A stretch of DNA of 64,000 nucleotides from Planctomycetota bacterium (GTDB lineage: Bacteria; Planctomycetota; UBA1135; UBA2386), in NCBI GenBank assembly GCA_965228735.1, contig OZ245838.1, forward strand, positions 1,248,001 to 1,312,000. The letters run 5' to 3'. This document shows positions 49,746-59,642 of this stretch, piece after piece. The position numbers and the translations under genes were made by a program. Below the pieces are notes generated by a model. It was not told where the DNA came from, searched no databases, and saw only the letters and a program-made list of their open reading frames with translations. The first letter of the stretch is position 1. Each line of letters begins with the position of its first letter.

Positions 49746-49800
49746 TTCAAAAACCTGCGAGGTAACTCGTGCGGGTTCAAGTCCCGCCTCCGGCACCATT
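49746..49800 (+). repeat. attR core (duplicated 3' part of tRNA-Leu)
   Basis: 55-bp exact copy of 32386-32440. Confidence 0.95.
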
Positions 49801-49816
49801 TCAACTGCGCACGCGG

Positions 49817-50191
49817 CTACCGCCGCGGCTTCGGCCGCACGATCTCGCCCTTCAGCCCCGCGATGATCGCCATCACGTCCGCGGCCTCTTCGACCCCGAC
49901 GTCGACCGCTTCGAGCGCGCGCCGCAGGTGCCCGGCCACGGCCACGAAGTGCGCGGCCTCGAGCTTCAGGTCCTCGTGCGCGGAGCGCAGATCCTCACCC
50001 GTGTATTGCTCCGGCCCGCCGAGCGCCGACGACAGAAACGAGATCTGGTGCGCCCGCAGCGTCTCCATGTCGGTGTCCTCGAAGAACGGCGCGAGCAGCG
50101 GGTCGGCCAGCACCCGACGGTAGAACTCGTCGACGACGATCTCGAGCGCGCCCGTGCCGCCGAGCCGCTGCCAGAGAGATGGGGTTTGCAT
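49817..50191 (-). CDS. Group I truncated hemoglobin
   Basis: SLWQRLGG..VVDEFYRRVLADP.LAPFF..HQ..FL..ALGGP..Y.G..LRSAH. Confidence 0.9.
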   Translation of the reverse strand: MQTPSLWQRLGGTGALEIVVDEFYRRVLADPLLAPFFEDTDMETLRAHQISFLSSALGGPEQYTGEDLRSAHEDLKLEAAHFVAVAGHLRRALEAVDVGVEEAADVMAIIAGLKGEIVRPKPRR

Positions 50192-50351
50192 GGAAGAGGG
50201 CCGCAGCACGCTCAGAGAGCGTCGGGAACGGTCGTAAGCGGACTGATAACCGCAACTTTCTACCGCTACGGATCCTCGAGGTGGGGTCGCGCGGACCAAT
50301 TGGTCGCGATTTTCCCTGGTCGGCACGACACCACACCGCGTAGCGCCCACC

Positions 50352-53165
50352 GTGACGCAGTCCGCCACCATCGAGAGCCCGACCGTGCGCCGCGTCCTGA
50401 AGACCGGCGCGTTCCTCCTGCTGCTCGCCGTCGGCGCCAGCTTCGCTCGGGCGCAATCCTCTTGCCCGCCGACGACGCTCTACGGCACGGGCACCGCGGG
50501 CACGGGCGGCCTCGCCCCGGCTCTCGAAGCGCTGAGCGTCCCCGTGCTCGGCAACGCCGGGTTCGGTTTCCGGGCCACGGGCGCGCCCGCCAACGCCCCC
50601 GTCGGCCACCTGCTCGGCACGACCCCGACGAGCCAGCCGATCCTCGGCTTCCAGCTCCTCGTCAACGCACCGCTCACGCGGCTCGCGTTCGCCGACCCGA
50701 CCGGCACGAGTGCCGTCGTTCTCGGACTGCCGCTCGACCCGCTGTTCGCCGGCCTCGTGATCCGCTCGCAGGCGATCACGCTGGATCCCGGTGCACCGCA
50801 GGGCATCGCGTCGACCCAGGGCCTCGCGGTCCCGCTGTGCGCCGCGTCGATGACCGACGTCACGGTGAGCAACGCGGTCCGCGTGCCCGCGGTCAAGCGC
50901 CTCGGTCTCAACCTCGGAACGCACGATCGCTGGGGCGCGGCCAAGCTGCTGCAGAACCAGCTGCCCAACCCCGGCTTCGAACCCGGCCTCTTCGGCACCG
51001 TGTGGCTCGCGGACAGCAGCTCGACGACGGACCGCTTCGTCGTCCGGGACTGGACGCCGGGCAACGCCGCGCACGCGCCCGGATTCTGGAACGGCGCCGA
51101 GTTCGAGATCGCGCACGGCCCGGGTGCAGGCACCGCGGGCTACGTGCAGGCGTTCACGCACCAGAACGGGCGCCTCGTGTTCGACCTCGGCAATCACGGC
51201 AACGTCGCGCTGCAGGACCGCGACGTGCTGTTCACCCGGCGCAGGGTAGCGGGCACGCACGGCATGAACGGTGGCGCCGGCACCCCCGACCCGAGCAACC
51301 CGCATCGCGGCACCCAGAGCCTGCGCCTGCAGCCGGGCGAGAACTTCGGCTACGTCATGGACACGAGCTGGCGCGACGGGGATCGCAGCAGCCACAAGCT
51401 GCTCGTCGTCGAGGGCGACTGGCGGATCCGACTGCATGCCCGAGCTGCGAACCCGGGCGACGAGGTGCGCGTGCGCCTGCGGCGCGACGGCAGTCCGCCG
51501 TTCAACCCGACGTTCCTCGATCGGGCGTTCGCGCTCGGCTCGGCGTGGACGCAATACGCGGAGACGCGGACGATCGCGGCGGGCACCGACCAGACGCCCG
51601 ATCCGTGGCCGGTCAACACGTATCGGCCGGCGCTGGTGTTCGAGGTGATCGTGCCGAGCAGCAACTCCGGCCCGGTCTGGATCGATGACGTCGAGCTCTA
51701 CCGCGTGGACGAAGCGACGAACCCGACGGTGTTCACGGACCGACTCGTGCAGCGGCTGGCCGACTACCGCCCCGGCGTGTTGCGCTGGTGGGGTGGGCAG
51801 CTCGGCAGCACGCTCGAGAACATGACGCGCAGCTGGCCCGAACGGCTGAGCACCGGGTTCAAGCCGAACGGCAGCAGCCCGGGCAGCTGGAACTACGGCG
51901 CCCCGGACTTCCTCGAGCTGTGCGACCACCTCGATGCCGAGCCGTGGATCGTCATGCCGCCGACCGCGACGGCCGCGGACCTGCAGGGGTTCGTCGAGTA
52001 CCTCGCGGGCACGAGCGGCCCGATGGCCGCGCGCCGCCAGGCTCAGGGCCGCGCAGCACCGTGGACGACCGCGTTCGATCGCATCCACCTCGAGTGGAGC
52101 AACGAGGCGTGGGGTTCGGGCGCGCCCGGGGACCCGTTCGCGGGCTCGTCGGTGAACGGCGGCGTGCGACTCGGCCGCCTCGCGGATCGCGCGTTCGAGT
52201 TCGTCAAGGCCAGCCCGTGGTATGCGCCGAACGCCGCGCGCTTCGACCTCGTGATCGGCGGGCAGGCCGGGTACAGCGGCCGACAGGCGGAGATCGAGGC
52301 CAACGCGGACGACCACGACAGCACGGCGTTGGCCCCCTACTTCGGCCGGCTCGACACGTTCGGCAACGCGGCCGAGATCTACGGCCCGCTGTTCGCCAAT
52401 CCGCTCTACGAGTCGCTCGCGCCGGGCGGCCGGATGCGCCAGAGCTGGCAGCACCTGCAGAACGCCAGCCAGGGCACCGAACTCTCGATCTACGAGGTCA
52501 ACTACCACACGACGGGCATCATCCCGGGGTTGAGCGCGACCCTGCGGAACGACTTCGTCGCGGGCAGCAGCGGCGCCCTCGCGCTGCCGCTGACGATGCT
52601 CGTGCACCTGACCGAGCTCGGCGCCAGGAACCAGTGCGCGTTCAGCGCGCTGCAGTACTCCTATCGGTTCGACACGTCGGGCGGCTGGCCGCCGCAGCAG
52701 CATCAGTTCGTGCAGGTCTGGGGCATGCTGCGCGACCTCTATCACTTCGACGTGCGGCGCCCCACCTGGGTCGGCGTCGAGGTCTGCAACCGCGCGATCT
52801 TCGGTGACGCGATCACGACGACGCACGGCGGCGACGATCCGGAATGGACGCAGACGCCCATGAACGGCATCGGCACGCCGACCACCGTCGGCTACATCCA
52901 GTCCTTCGCGTTCCGCGACGGCAGCGACTACGGCATCGTGCTGTTCAACCTGAGCCTCGATGAACACCACGGCGTGCGCCTCGTCGTGCCGGGCAGCCCG
53001 CAACCGAACGCGACGATGCACCGGCTCGAACCCGCCGACCTCGCGCTGCGCAACGACCGCACGGAGCTCGTCGCCCCGACGACGGAGCCGATCACCGACT
53101 TCGGCACCGGCTACGAGATGCTGTTGCCGCCGCACAGCGTGCGGGTCGTCACCTGGAACCAGTGA
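50352..53165 (+). CDS. Secreted glycoside-hydrolase-like protein (clan A/GH51-like) with N-terminal beta-sandwich domain
   Basis: Signal peptide; NPGFE CBM-like motif, RPGVLRW, FLELCDHLDAEPWI, EWSNEAW, IYEVN. Confidence 0.6.
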   Translation: MTQSATIESPTVRRVLKTGAFLLLLAVGASFARAQSSCPPTTLYGTGTAGTGGLAPALEALSVPVLGNAGFGFRATGAPANAPVGHLLGTTPTSQPILGFQLLVNAPLTRLAFADPTGTSAVVLGLPLDPLFAGLVIRSQAITLDPGAPQGIASTQGLAVPLCAASMTDVTVSNAVRVPAVKRLGLNLGTHDRWGAAKLLQNQLPNPGFEPGLFGTVWLADSSSTTDRFVVRDWTPGNAAHAPGFWNGAEFEIAHGPGAGTAGYVQAFTHQNGRLVFDLGNHGNVALQDRDVLFTRRRVAGTHGMNGGAGTPDPSNPHRGTQSLRLQPGENFGYVMDTSWRDGDRSSHKLLVVEGDWRIRLHARAANPGDEVRVRLRRDGSPPFNPTFLDRAFALGSAWTQYAETRTIAAGTDQTPDPWPVNTYRPALVFEVIVPSSNSGPVWIDDVELYRVDEATNPTVFTDRLVQRLADYRPGVLRWWGGQLGSTLENMTRSWPERLSTGFKPNGSSPGSWNYGAPDFLELCDHLDAEPWIVMPPTATAADLQGFVEYLAGTSGPMAARRQAQGRAAPWTTAFDRIHLEWSNEAWGSGAPGDPFAGSSVNGGVRLGRLADRAFEFVKASPWYAPNAARFDLVIGGQAGYSGRQAEIEANADDHDSTALAPYFGRLDTFGNAAEIYGPLFANPLYESLAPGGRMRQSWQHLQNASQGTELSIYEVNYHTTGIIPGLSATLRNDFVAGSSGALALPLTMLVHLTELGARNQCAFSALQYSYRFDTSGGWPPQQHQFVQVWGMLRDLYHFDVRRPTWVGVEVCNRAIFGDAITTTHGGDDPEWTQTPMNGIGTPTTVGYIQSFAFRDGSDYGIVLFNLSLDEHHGVRLVVPGSPQPNATMHRLEPADLALRNDRTELVAPTTEPITDFGTGYEMLLPPHSVRVVTWNQ

Positions 53166-53232
53166 CGACGCGTCGGGACGGCAGCCCGCGTCGATCGCCC
53201 CGCCCGCCGGCAAGACCGGCTACCATGGCGCG

Positions 53233-54381
53233 ATGGACTCCGCCCTTGCAGCTGCCGCCGCCACGGCCCTCTCCGCAGCCGCCCTCGGCGCGCAACAGTC
53301 CTGGATCGTGGACCCGAACGGCACGGGGCAGTTCACGAGCCTCGCCCCGGCGATCGCAGCGTCGAACCCCGGCGATCTGATCCTGCTTCGCGGTGGCGGC
53401 TCGTATTCGGCCGTTCACCTCGTCGACAAACCACTGCAGATCATCGGCGAGGGGCCGACCCGCTCCTCCGTCCAGTCTCTCGTGCAGTCCGGGCAGACGG
53501 TCATGGGCACCAGCTCGTACCGCGGTTTCGACGTGCAGGAGATCCGCCTCGAGCAACCGACCACGATGGCGGACCTGCGTGTCCGAGCCATCGCGGTCAC
53601 CAATGGCGCCGTCCTCGCGGCCCACGACTGCGACGTCGGCAGTTCCTGGTCGACCACCCCGTGGTTCGGCCCGGCCCTCGTCGTCGTTGCGGGTACCGCG
53701 ACACTCAACGACTGTCGGGTGCGCGGCAACCTGCCGACGCTGGCGAACCCGCTGTTCTGCACGCACTGGCCGAGCCCCGGCCTGGCGGTTCAGCCGAGCA
53801 GCACGCTGACACTCTCCGACTGCGTCGTCGAAGGCGGACCGGACACCACCGTGTTCTGCTCGTCGCCACCGGCGCCCCCCGGGGTCGGCATCGTGGCCAA
53901 CGGCACGGTCCGCGTCACGCGCTCGGACATTCGCGGCGGCGCCCGCCAGAACGGAGTTCGAGTCGCTGCGGTCAGCGTGGGACCGACCGGTGTGGTGCTC
54001 CACGACGCCTCGGCGACGTTCGACCCGCCCTCGTTCCAGCCGACCCTCGAGTTCCTGCCCGGCACGGTCGCCAGCGACGCCCTGCCGGGACAGACGATCT
54101 TCGCCAGCGCCGTGAGCCAGCCGGGGCTGCCCGCCGCGCTCATCGCCGGACTCGGCCTGCGAGCCCCGACGCCAACGGGGCTCGGCGAGGCCTGGGTCGC
54201 CCCGAACGCGTTCGTCGTCCTGGCGATCGGCCTGACCGATGGGACCGGCAAGCTCGACAGCTCCGTCGTGCTCCCGCCGACCAGCCCAAGAGGCCTGCCG
54301 ATCACGTTCCAGGGCCTGGCCGCACCGAGCCTGAACGCACCGCCAGCGCTCGGTGTTCCCGCCATCGTGCATGTGCTCTGA
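53233..54381 (+). CDS. Secreted hypothetical protein (beta-helix-like N-terminus)
   Basis: Signal peptide then QSWIVDPNGTGQFTSL..AIAAS.PGDLILL. Confidence 0.65.
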   Translation: MDSALAAAAATALSAAALGAQQSWIVDPNGTGQFTSLAPAIAASNPGDLILLRGGGSYSAVHLVDKPLQIIGEGPTRSSVQSLVQSGQTVMGTSSYRGFDVQEIRLEQPTTMADLRVRAIAVTNGAVLAAHDCDVGSSWSTTPWFGPALVVVAGTATLNDCRVRGNLPTLANPLFCTHWPSPGLAVQPSSTLTLSDCVVEGGPDTTVFCSSPPAPPGVGIVANGTVRVTRSDIRGGARQNGVRVAAVSVGPTGVVLHDASATFDPPSFQPTLEFLPGTVASDALPGQTIFASAVSQPGLPAALIAGLGLRAPTPTGLGEAWVAPNAFVVLAIGLTDGTGKLDSSVVLPPTSPRGLPITFQGLAAPSLNAPPALGVPAIVHVL

Positions 54382-54403
54382 CGGGTCGGGCGAGCACGAC
54401 GAG

Positions 54404-55534
54404 TCAGTTCGCCTCCGGCCGCTCGAGCGCGTCCGCGAGCGCGCTCCGCACCTCGGGGCGGACGATCCGGACCGGAGCCGGCGGGCGGGCGCGCGGCCCG
54501 GCACGATCGATCGCGAGATCCAGCAGCCGGTCGAGCAGTTGCGTGAACGAGTAGCCCGCCGCGCGCGCGGCCTGCGGCAGCAGACTCTCGGCCGTCATGC
54601 CAGGGATCGTGTTGACCTCGAGCACGCGCGGGCCGGCCTCGGTGACGATCATGTCCGTGCGTGACATCCCATCGCACACGAGCGCGATGTGACAGCGCTT
54701 GCCGAGCTCGGCGACTTCCTCGAGCTGCAGGTTCGACAGCCCGCGCGGCGGGATGACCTCCTCCGTCGCGCCCGGGGTGTACTTGGCTTCGTGCGTGAAG
54801 TAGTCCGCGTTCCGTGGGTAGATCCCGATCGCGGGCAATGCTTCGAGGTCGTCGCCGGTGTTGCCGAGCACCGCGACCGTGATCTCCTCGCCGACCAGTT
54901 CTTCCTCCGCGTGCCAGCGCCGAAACGTCGCGCTGAACTCCTCGCAGAACTTCGCGAGCTCCACCGCCGAGCCGACCCGACGAACGCCGACCGTGCTGCC
55001 GGACAGGTCCGCCTTCACGAACGCCGGCGCACCGACGGCCGCGCTCAGCGCCGCGAACTCGAGCTTGGCGTTGGCCGCGGCGAGCGGCCGGCGCGACTCG
55101 TAGGCGCGCGGCATCGGCACGTCGGCCTGCGCGAGCGCCGCACGCGTGCGCAGCTTGTCCATCGCCACGGCGGACGCAGCCGCACCCGAGCCGACGCACG
55201 GCAGGTCGTGCAGCGCGAGCATCCCCTGGATCGTCCCGTCCTCGCCGAACGGGCCGTGCAGCACCGGGAACACCGCTCGCAACGCGGCGCGTTCCAGCAG
55301 ATGATCGAGCGCGGCCCCGGGGCGCATCGGTCCGTCACAGCTGCCGTCCGCCGGCCGCCACACGACGTCCGCCCCGAGCGGTTCACGCCGCGGCCACCAG
55401 CCACCGTCGCGGTCGAGATAGACCGGCCAGACGCGCCAACGCGCGCGATCGAGATGCTGCAACACCTGCGCTGCCGAGCGCAGGGAGACGTCGTGTTCCG
55501 GCGAACGCCCGCCGGCGAGAACCGCGATATCCAT
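54404..55534 (-). CDS. ddl: D-alanine--D-alanine ligase
   Basis: GGRSPEHDVSL, LHGPFGEDG, MDK, EVNTIPGMT.SLLP. Confidence 0.93.
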   Translation of the reverse strand: MDIAVLAGGRSPEHDVSLRSAAQVLQHLDRARWRVWPVYLDRDGGWWPRREPLGADVVWRPADGSCDGPMRPGAALDHLLERAALRAVFPVLHGPFGEDGTIQGMLALHDLPCVGSGAAASAVAMDKLRTRAALAQADVPMPRAYESRRPLAAANAKLEFAALSAAVGAPAFVKADLSGSTVGVRRVGSAVELAKFCEEFSATFRRWHAEEELVGEEITVAVLGNTGDDLEALPAIGIYPRNADYFTHEAKYTPGATEEVIPPRGLSNLQLEEVAELGKRCHIALVCDGMSRTDMIVTEAGPRVLEVNTIPGMTAESLLPQAARAAGYSFTQLLDRLLDLAIDRAGPRARPPAPVRIVRPEVRSALADALERPEAN

Positions 55535-55600
55535 GGGCCACCCTCCCAGGTGTCCCGCTCAAACTACGACATCGGGTCGGCGATATCGAGCCAGCCGAAG

Positions 55601-55648
55601 CAGCCGGCTTCGTGGGCAGCCGGCTTCGTGGGCAGCGCGCTTCGTGGG
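55601..55648. repeat. Tandem 16-bp repeat CAGCCGGCTTCGTGGG x3
   Basis: Two exact copies and one variant; intergenic. Confidence 0.85.
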
Positions 55649-55708
55649 CACCTGGCAGCGATCGCGGCGCAGGCAACGGGTTGCGGGTGTTCGACCACCC
55701 GCAAGGCA

Positions 55709-56632
55709 TCAGCTCGCGAACGCGCCGGTCGCGGCGGCCGCCCCCCAGAGGATCGCATCCGAGCCGCCGAGGCTTTCGACGAAGCACAGGTCCTCGTGGA
55801 TGACCTCCCGGGTGTGCTCGCGCACGTGCCGCTCGATGCGGCCGCGCAGCTCCGGCCAGCCCTCGAGCACGCCGCCGCCGAGGACGATGGCGTTGGGATC
55901 GAGCGTCGTGCAGAGATTCTCGACGAGCACGCATGCGGCGATCGCGGCGTCCTCGAGCACCTCCTGCGCGCGCCCGTCGGTCCGCGCCGCGTCGACGACG
56001 TCACCGACGGTCCATCGGCTCTCGCCATCGGAACGCGGACCGAGGACCTCCGCGGCACGCTCGGTGATCGCTCGCCCGCCGCAGTAGGCCTCGAAGTGCC
56101 CGGGTTGCCCGCACGGGCACGTTCGCCCACCCGGACGGAACGTCGTGTGACCGATCTCACCCGCGGCGTTGCTGCCGCCGCCGTAGGGCCGGCCGTCGAC
56201 GATGATGCCGATCCCGATGCCGGTGCCGAAGAACAGGCACACGAGCGGGTCCTTGCCGCTGGCGTGGCCGCGCAGGTACTCGCCCCACGCGCTCGCGCGC
56301 CCGTCGTTGATCAACGTCGTCGGCACGTCGAGTCGTTCGCTCACGTGGCGGCCGAGCGAGAAGTCGTGCAGCGGCACGTTCGTCGCGTTACGCACCCGTT
56401 GACCGTCGGGCGGGATCACGCCGGCGACACCGAACGCGGCAGCGCAGGGCGCCTCGAAGCCGGCCGGTCGCGCGGCCAAGGTCGCATCGATACCCCGGTC
56501 CAGCGCGGCGAGGAACTCCGCCTGGTCCCGCACGGTCTCGATCTTGGTGATGCCGTGGACGCCGAGGTCCTCGCTGACGAGCGCGAACCGACACTTCGTG
56601 CCGCCGAGGTCGCCGGCGAGGACCGTGCGCAT
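55709..56632 (-). CDS. ROK family sugar kinase (glucokinase-like)
   Basis: DLGGT, IND, GTGIG, GEIGH, CPCG..G.FE. Confidence 0.9.
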   Translation of the reverse strand: MRTVLAGDLGGTKCRFALVSEDLGVHGITKIETVRDQAEFLAALDRGIDATLAARPAGFEAPCAAAFGVAGVIPPDGQRVRNATNVPLHDFSLGRHVSERLDVPTTLINDGRASAWGEYLRGHASGKDPLVCLFFGTGIGIGIIVDGRPYGGGSNAAGEIGHTTFRPGGRTCPCGQPGHFEAYCGGRAITERAAEVLGPRSDGESRWTVGDVVDAARTDGRAQEVLEDAAIAACVLVENLCTTLDPNAIVLGGGVLEGWPELRGRIERHVREHTREVIHEDLCFVESLGGSDAILWGAAAATGAFAS

Positions 56633-56970
56633 CAGTCCTCCGAGAGGATCTCCATGAGCTCGTCGAGCAGCTTCACGAGCTCCTGGTTCTGGCGCTCGAG
56701 CACCGTCACGCGCAGCATCACCTTCTCCAGCACGGGCGGCAGGATCGTCTCCAGCGTGACCTGCTTGATCATCTGGAAGGTCTCGACCTGATGCGGATTG
56801 GTCTGTTCCTTGCCGTCGAAGTGGAAGTGGTAGGCGTTCTGCATCGCCTCGGCCGTGTGGCCGAGGATCTCGCGCGCGACGTCGGCGTCCTGCTGCTCGG
56901 TCGAGTGGTGCGTGAGTTTGAAGGCCTCGACCTTGTAGCGATGGAGAGCTTCCTTGAGCTGGTGCTTCAC
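56632..56970 (-). CDS. Small hypothetical protein
   Basis: Strong codon bias from GTG 56970; stop overlaps the ROK start. Confidence 0.6.
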   Translation of the reverse strand: MKHQLKEALHRYKVEAFKLTHHSTEQQDADVAREILGHTAEAMQNAYHFHFDGKEQTNPHQVETFQMIKQVTLETILPPVLEKVMLRVTVLERQNQELVKLLDELMEILSED

Positions 56971-57237
56971 GGGGGTCCTTGGTCTTTCGGGGCCAGAACG
57001 GCCGGCGCTGCGGCGGGCCGATCGGCAGTCAGGGAGAGGGCAATTCGCGGCCTCATTGCTATCCCAGCGGTCGCGCCGCCGCAATGGGGCACTCTCCGGA
57101 GACCGCGTCTCGGGCACCGGAATACGCGCCCGACGCGCCTGCTACGCGACCACCGCCCAGCCGCCAAAACCGGGCGAGCGAGAACCGGGCGGGCCGAAAC
57201 CCGGGCGGCCAGAATCCCGGCAATCCAAACCTACCCG

Positions 57238-58488
57238 TCAGATCGCGCCGACGAGCAGGCAGGTGTTGTGGCCGCCGAAGCCCAGGGAGTTGCTGATCGC
57301 GTACCGGACCGGCATCTCGCGCGCCTCGTTCGGCACGTAGTCGAGGTCGCAGTCCGGATCCGGCGTCTCCTGGTTGATCGTCGGGTGCACCGCGCCGCGC
57401 TGGATCGACTGCGCGCAGGCCGCGAGTTCGACCGCGCCCGAAGCCCCGAGCAGATGGCCGACCATCGACTTGCTCGACGATACCGCGAGCTTCCTGGCGT
57501 GATCGCCGAACACCTTCTTCAGCGCCAGCGTCTCGATCTTGTCGTTGAGTGCCGTGCTCGTGCCGTGCGCGTTGACGTAGTCGATCTTGTCGCCGTCGAT
57601 GCCGCCGTCACTCAGCGCCATGCGCATCGCGCGACTCGGACCATCGGCGTCCTCGTTGGGCGCCGTGATGTGATGCGCATCATCGGTCGAGCCGTAGCCG
57701 AGCACTTCGCAGAGGATCGGCGCACCGCGCTTCTTGGCGTGCTCGTACTCCTCGAGCACGAGGGCCGCGGCCCCTTCGCCCATCACGAAGCCGTCGCGCT
57801 CCTTGTCGAACGGCCGCGACGCGCGCTTGGGATCGTCGTTGCGCGTCGACAGCGCCTTGAGCGAGCAGAAGCCCGCGAGACCGAGCTCGGTCGTCGCGCC
57901 TTCGGACCCGCCCGTCAACACCATGTCGGCCTCGCCCCACTGGATCGTCCGCAGCGCCAGCCCGAGCGCGTGGCTCGCGCTCGCGCACGCCGACGACGTC
58001 ACGTAGCACGTGCCCTGCAGGTTGAAGCGAATGGCCGCCTGACCGGCCATCGCGTTCGACATGATCTTGGGAATGAAGAACGGGCTGACGCGGTTGGCGC
58101 CGCGCTCAAGCTGCAGCTTGCGCGATGCCTCGATCTCCCAGATGCCGCCGATGCCGGTGCCGAGGATGCAGCCCATGCGCGTGCGATCCCCGCTGGCCAC
58201 CGCATCGTCGCCGGCCAGCCCCGAGGCCTTCATCGCCTCGTCGGCCGCGACGAGGTAGTACATCGTGAACTTCTCGAGTCGCTTGGCCTCCGACCTCGGG
58301 AACCACCGCTCCTCGTCCCAGTCCCACACGTCGCACGCGAACTTCGTCGTGTGCTTGGACGTGTCGAAGCGGGTGATCGGGCCGGCCCCGGACTTGCCCG
58401 CGAGCAGGCTGTCCCAGGTCGACTGGAGATCGAGACCGAGGCTCGTGACGGCCCCGGCGCCCGTGATGACTACGCGCCGTCGTTGCAT
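57238..58488 (-). CDS. fabF: 3-oxoacyl-ACP synthase II
   Basis: SACAS, NAHGTST, SKSMVGHLLGASG, NSLGFGGHN. Confidence 0.97.
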   Translation of the reverse strand: MQRRRVVITGAGAVTSLGLDLQSTWDSLLAGKSGAGPITRFDTSKHTTKFACDVWDWDEERWFPRSEAKRLEKFTMYYLVAADEAMKASGLAGDDAVASGDRTRMGCILGTGIGGIWEIEASRKLQLERGANRVSPFFIPKIMSNAMAGQAAIRFNLQGTCYVTSSACASASHALGLALRTIQWGEADMVLTGGSEGATTELGLAGFCSLKALSTRNDDPKRASRPFDKERDGFVMGEGAAALVLEEYEHAKKRGAPILCEVLGYGSTDDAHHITAPNEDADGPSRAMRMALSDGGIDGDKIDYVNAHGTSTALNDKIETLALKKVFGDHARKLAVSSSKSMVGHLLGASGAVELAACAQSIQRGAVHPTINQETPDPDCDLDYVPNEAREMPVRYAISNSLGFGGHNTCLLVGAI

Positions 58489-58507
58489 CCGTGCCCAGCG
58501 ACCTCGC

Positions 58508-58759
58508 TCAGGCGAGCTTGCCGGAGATGTAGTCGACGGCAGCGCCGACGGTCTGGATCTTCTCGGCGTCCTCGTCCGGGATGTTGATCTCGAACTCGTC
58601 CTCGAACTCCATCACGAGCTCGACGGTATCCAGCGAGTCCGCCCCGAGGTCGTTGATGAACGACGTCTCCGGGGTGATCTTGTCGCGGGTCGTCCCGAGC
58701 TGCTCGCAGACGATGTTGTGGACGCGTTCTTCGATGTTCTCTGTCTTCGACACTGTCAT
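58508..58759 (-). CDS. acpP: Acyl carrier protein
   Basis: [14 protein letters not shown]. Confidence 0.97.
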   Translation of the reverse strand: MTVSKTENIEERVHNIVCEQLGTTRDKITPETSFINDLGADSLDTVELVMEFEDEFEINIPDEDAEKIQTVGAAVDYISGKLA

Positions 58760-58816
58760 TCCTCGTTCACAAGGTGTGATGCTGCCGCCTGGCCGGGGGC
58801 CGGCGGCGCGCGAAAT

Positions 58817-59569
58817 CTACATGGTCATGCCGCCGTCCACCACGAGCGTTTGCCCCGTGATGTAGGACGCGGCGTCCGAGCACAAAAATGCAACCACGCC
58901 GGCCACGTCGCCAGGACTCCCCGGGCGCTGCAGCGGAATTCGTTCTTGCATCCGCGCCCTGGCCTCTTCTGGGACCTCGGCGGTCATGTCCGTCTCGATG
59001 AACCCGGGCGCCACGACGTTGACCGTGAGCCCGCGGCCGGCGAACTCCTGGGCCAGCGACTTGCTGAGTCCGACGAGACCGGCCTTGCTCGCGGCGTAGT
59101 TGGCCTGGCCCGTGTTGCCGGTGATGCCGACGACCGAGCCGACGTTGACGATGCGCGCGCCACCGCCCTTGGGCAGCTTGCGCACGAAGGCCTTGCAGAC
59201 GAGGAACGCGCCGCGCAGGTTCGTCTGGACGACGGCGTCGAAGTCCTCCTCGCCCATGCGCAGGAACGGCCCGTCGCGGGTGATGCCGGCGTTGTTGACC
59301 ACGAAGTCGACGTGCTTGTGGCTGCCGAGCACGAACTCCTGCAGCGCCGCCACGCTCGCCGGATCGGTCACGTCGCACGCGACCGCCACGCCCTCGCCGT
59401 GGCCCGCGGGCAGATCGTCGATCGCGGCCAGCGTCGCATCGCAACCGCCCGCGCGGGTCGACGTGCAGAACACCTTGGCGCCGCGACTGGCGAGCGCGAC
59501 GGCGATGGCCCGCCCGATGCCGCGCGAGGCGCCGGTCACGACCGCGATCTTGTTCTCGAACTCCATCAC
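58817..59569 (-). CDS. fabG: 3-oxoacyl-ACP reductase
   Basis: [30 protein letters not shown]. Confidence 0.95.
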   Translation of the reverse strand: MMEFENKIAVVTGASRGIGRAIAVALASRGAKVFCTSTRAGGCDATLAAIDDLPAGHGEGVAVACDVTDPASVAALQEFVLGSHKHVDFVVNNAGITRDGPFLRMGEEDFDAVVQTNLRGAFLVCKAFVRKLPKGGGARIVNVGSVVGITGNTGQANYAASKAGLVGLSKSLAQEFAGRGLTVNVVAPGFIETDMTAEVPEEARARMQERIPLQRPGSPGDVAGVVAFLCSDAASYITGQTLVVDGGMTM

Positions 59570-59642
59570 CTATCCTTCGGCGGGGTGCCTTCCGGGGGAT
59601 ACATCGCCAGGGGAATACTCATCGCAGCGGCGCAGAACGCCC

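Larger units (their letters stand above)
32386..49800. mobile_element. tRNA-Leu-integrated phage-satellite-like element (17,360 bp between att cores)
   Basis: 55-bp direct repeats at both ends, integrase next to attL, phage-type genes and defence-like cargo. Confidence 0.92.

Noticed and set aside
49746..49800. Second tRNA-Leu gene
   Set aside because: Only the 3' part from the anticodon loop onward is present; it is the attR duplication
32386..49800. Complete autonomous prophage
   Set aside because: No recognisable TerL, portal, major capsid, tail tube/tip or lysis genes in 17 kb
49995..53213. 1072-aa minus-strand ORF and other long Arg/Ala-rich ORFs (e.g. 6195-8639, 11574-13946, 19385-22099, 28503-31193, 59100-61742)
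   Set aside because: Antisense or alternate-frame shadows of well-supported genes, typical of high-GC DNA
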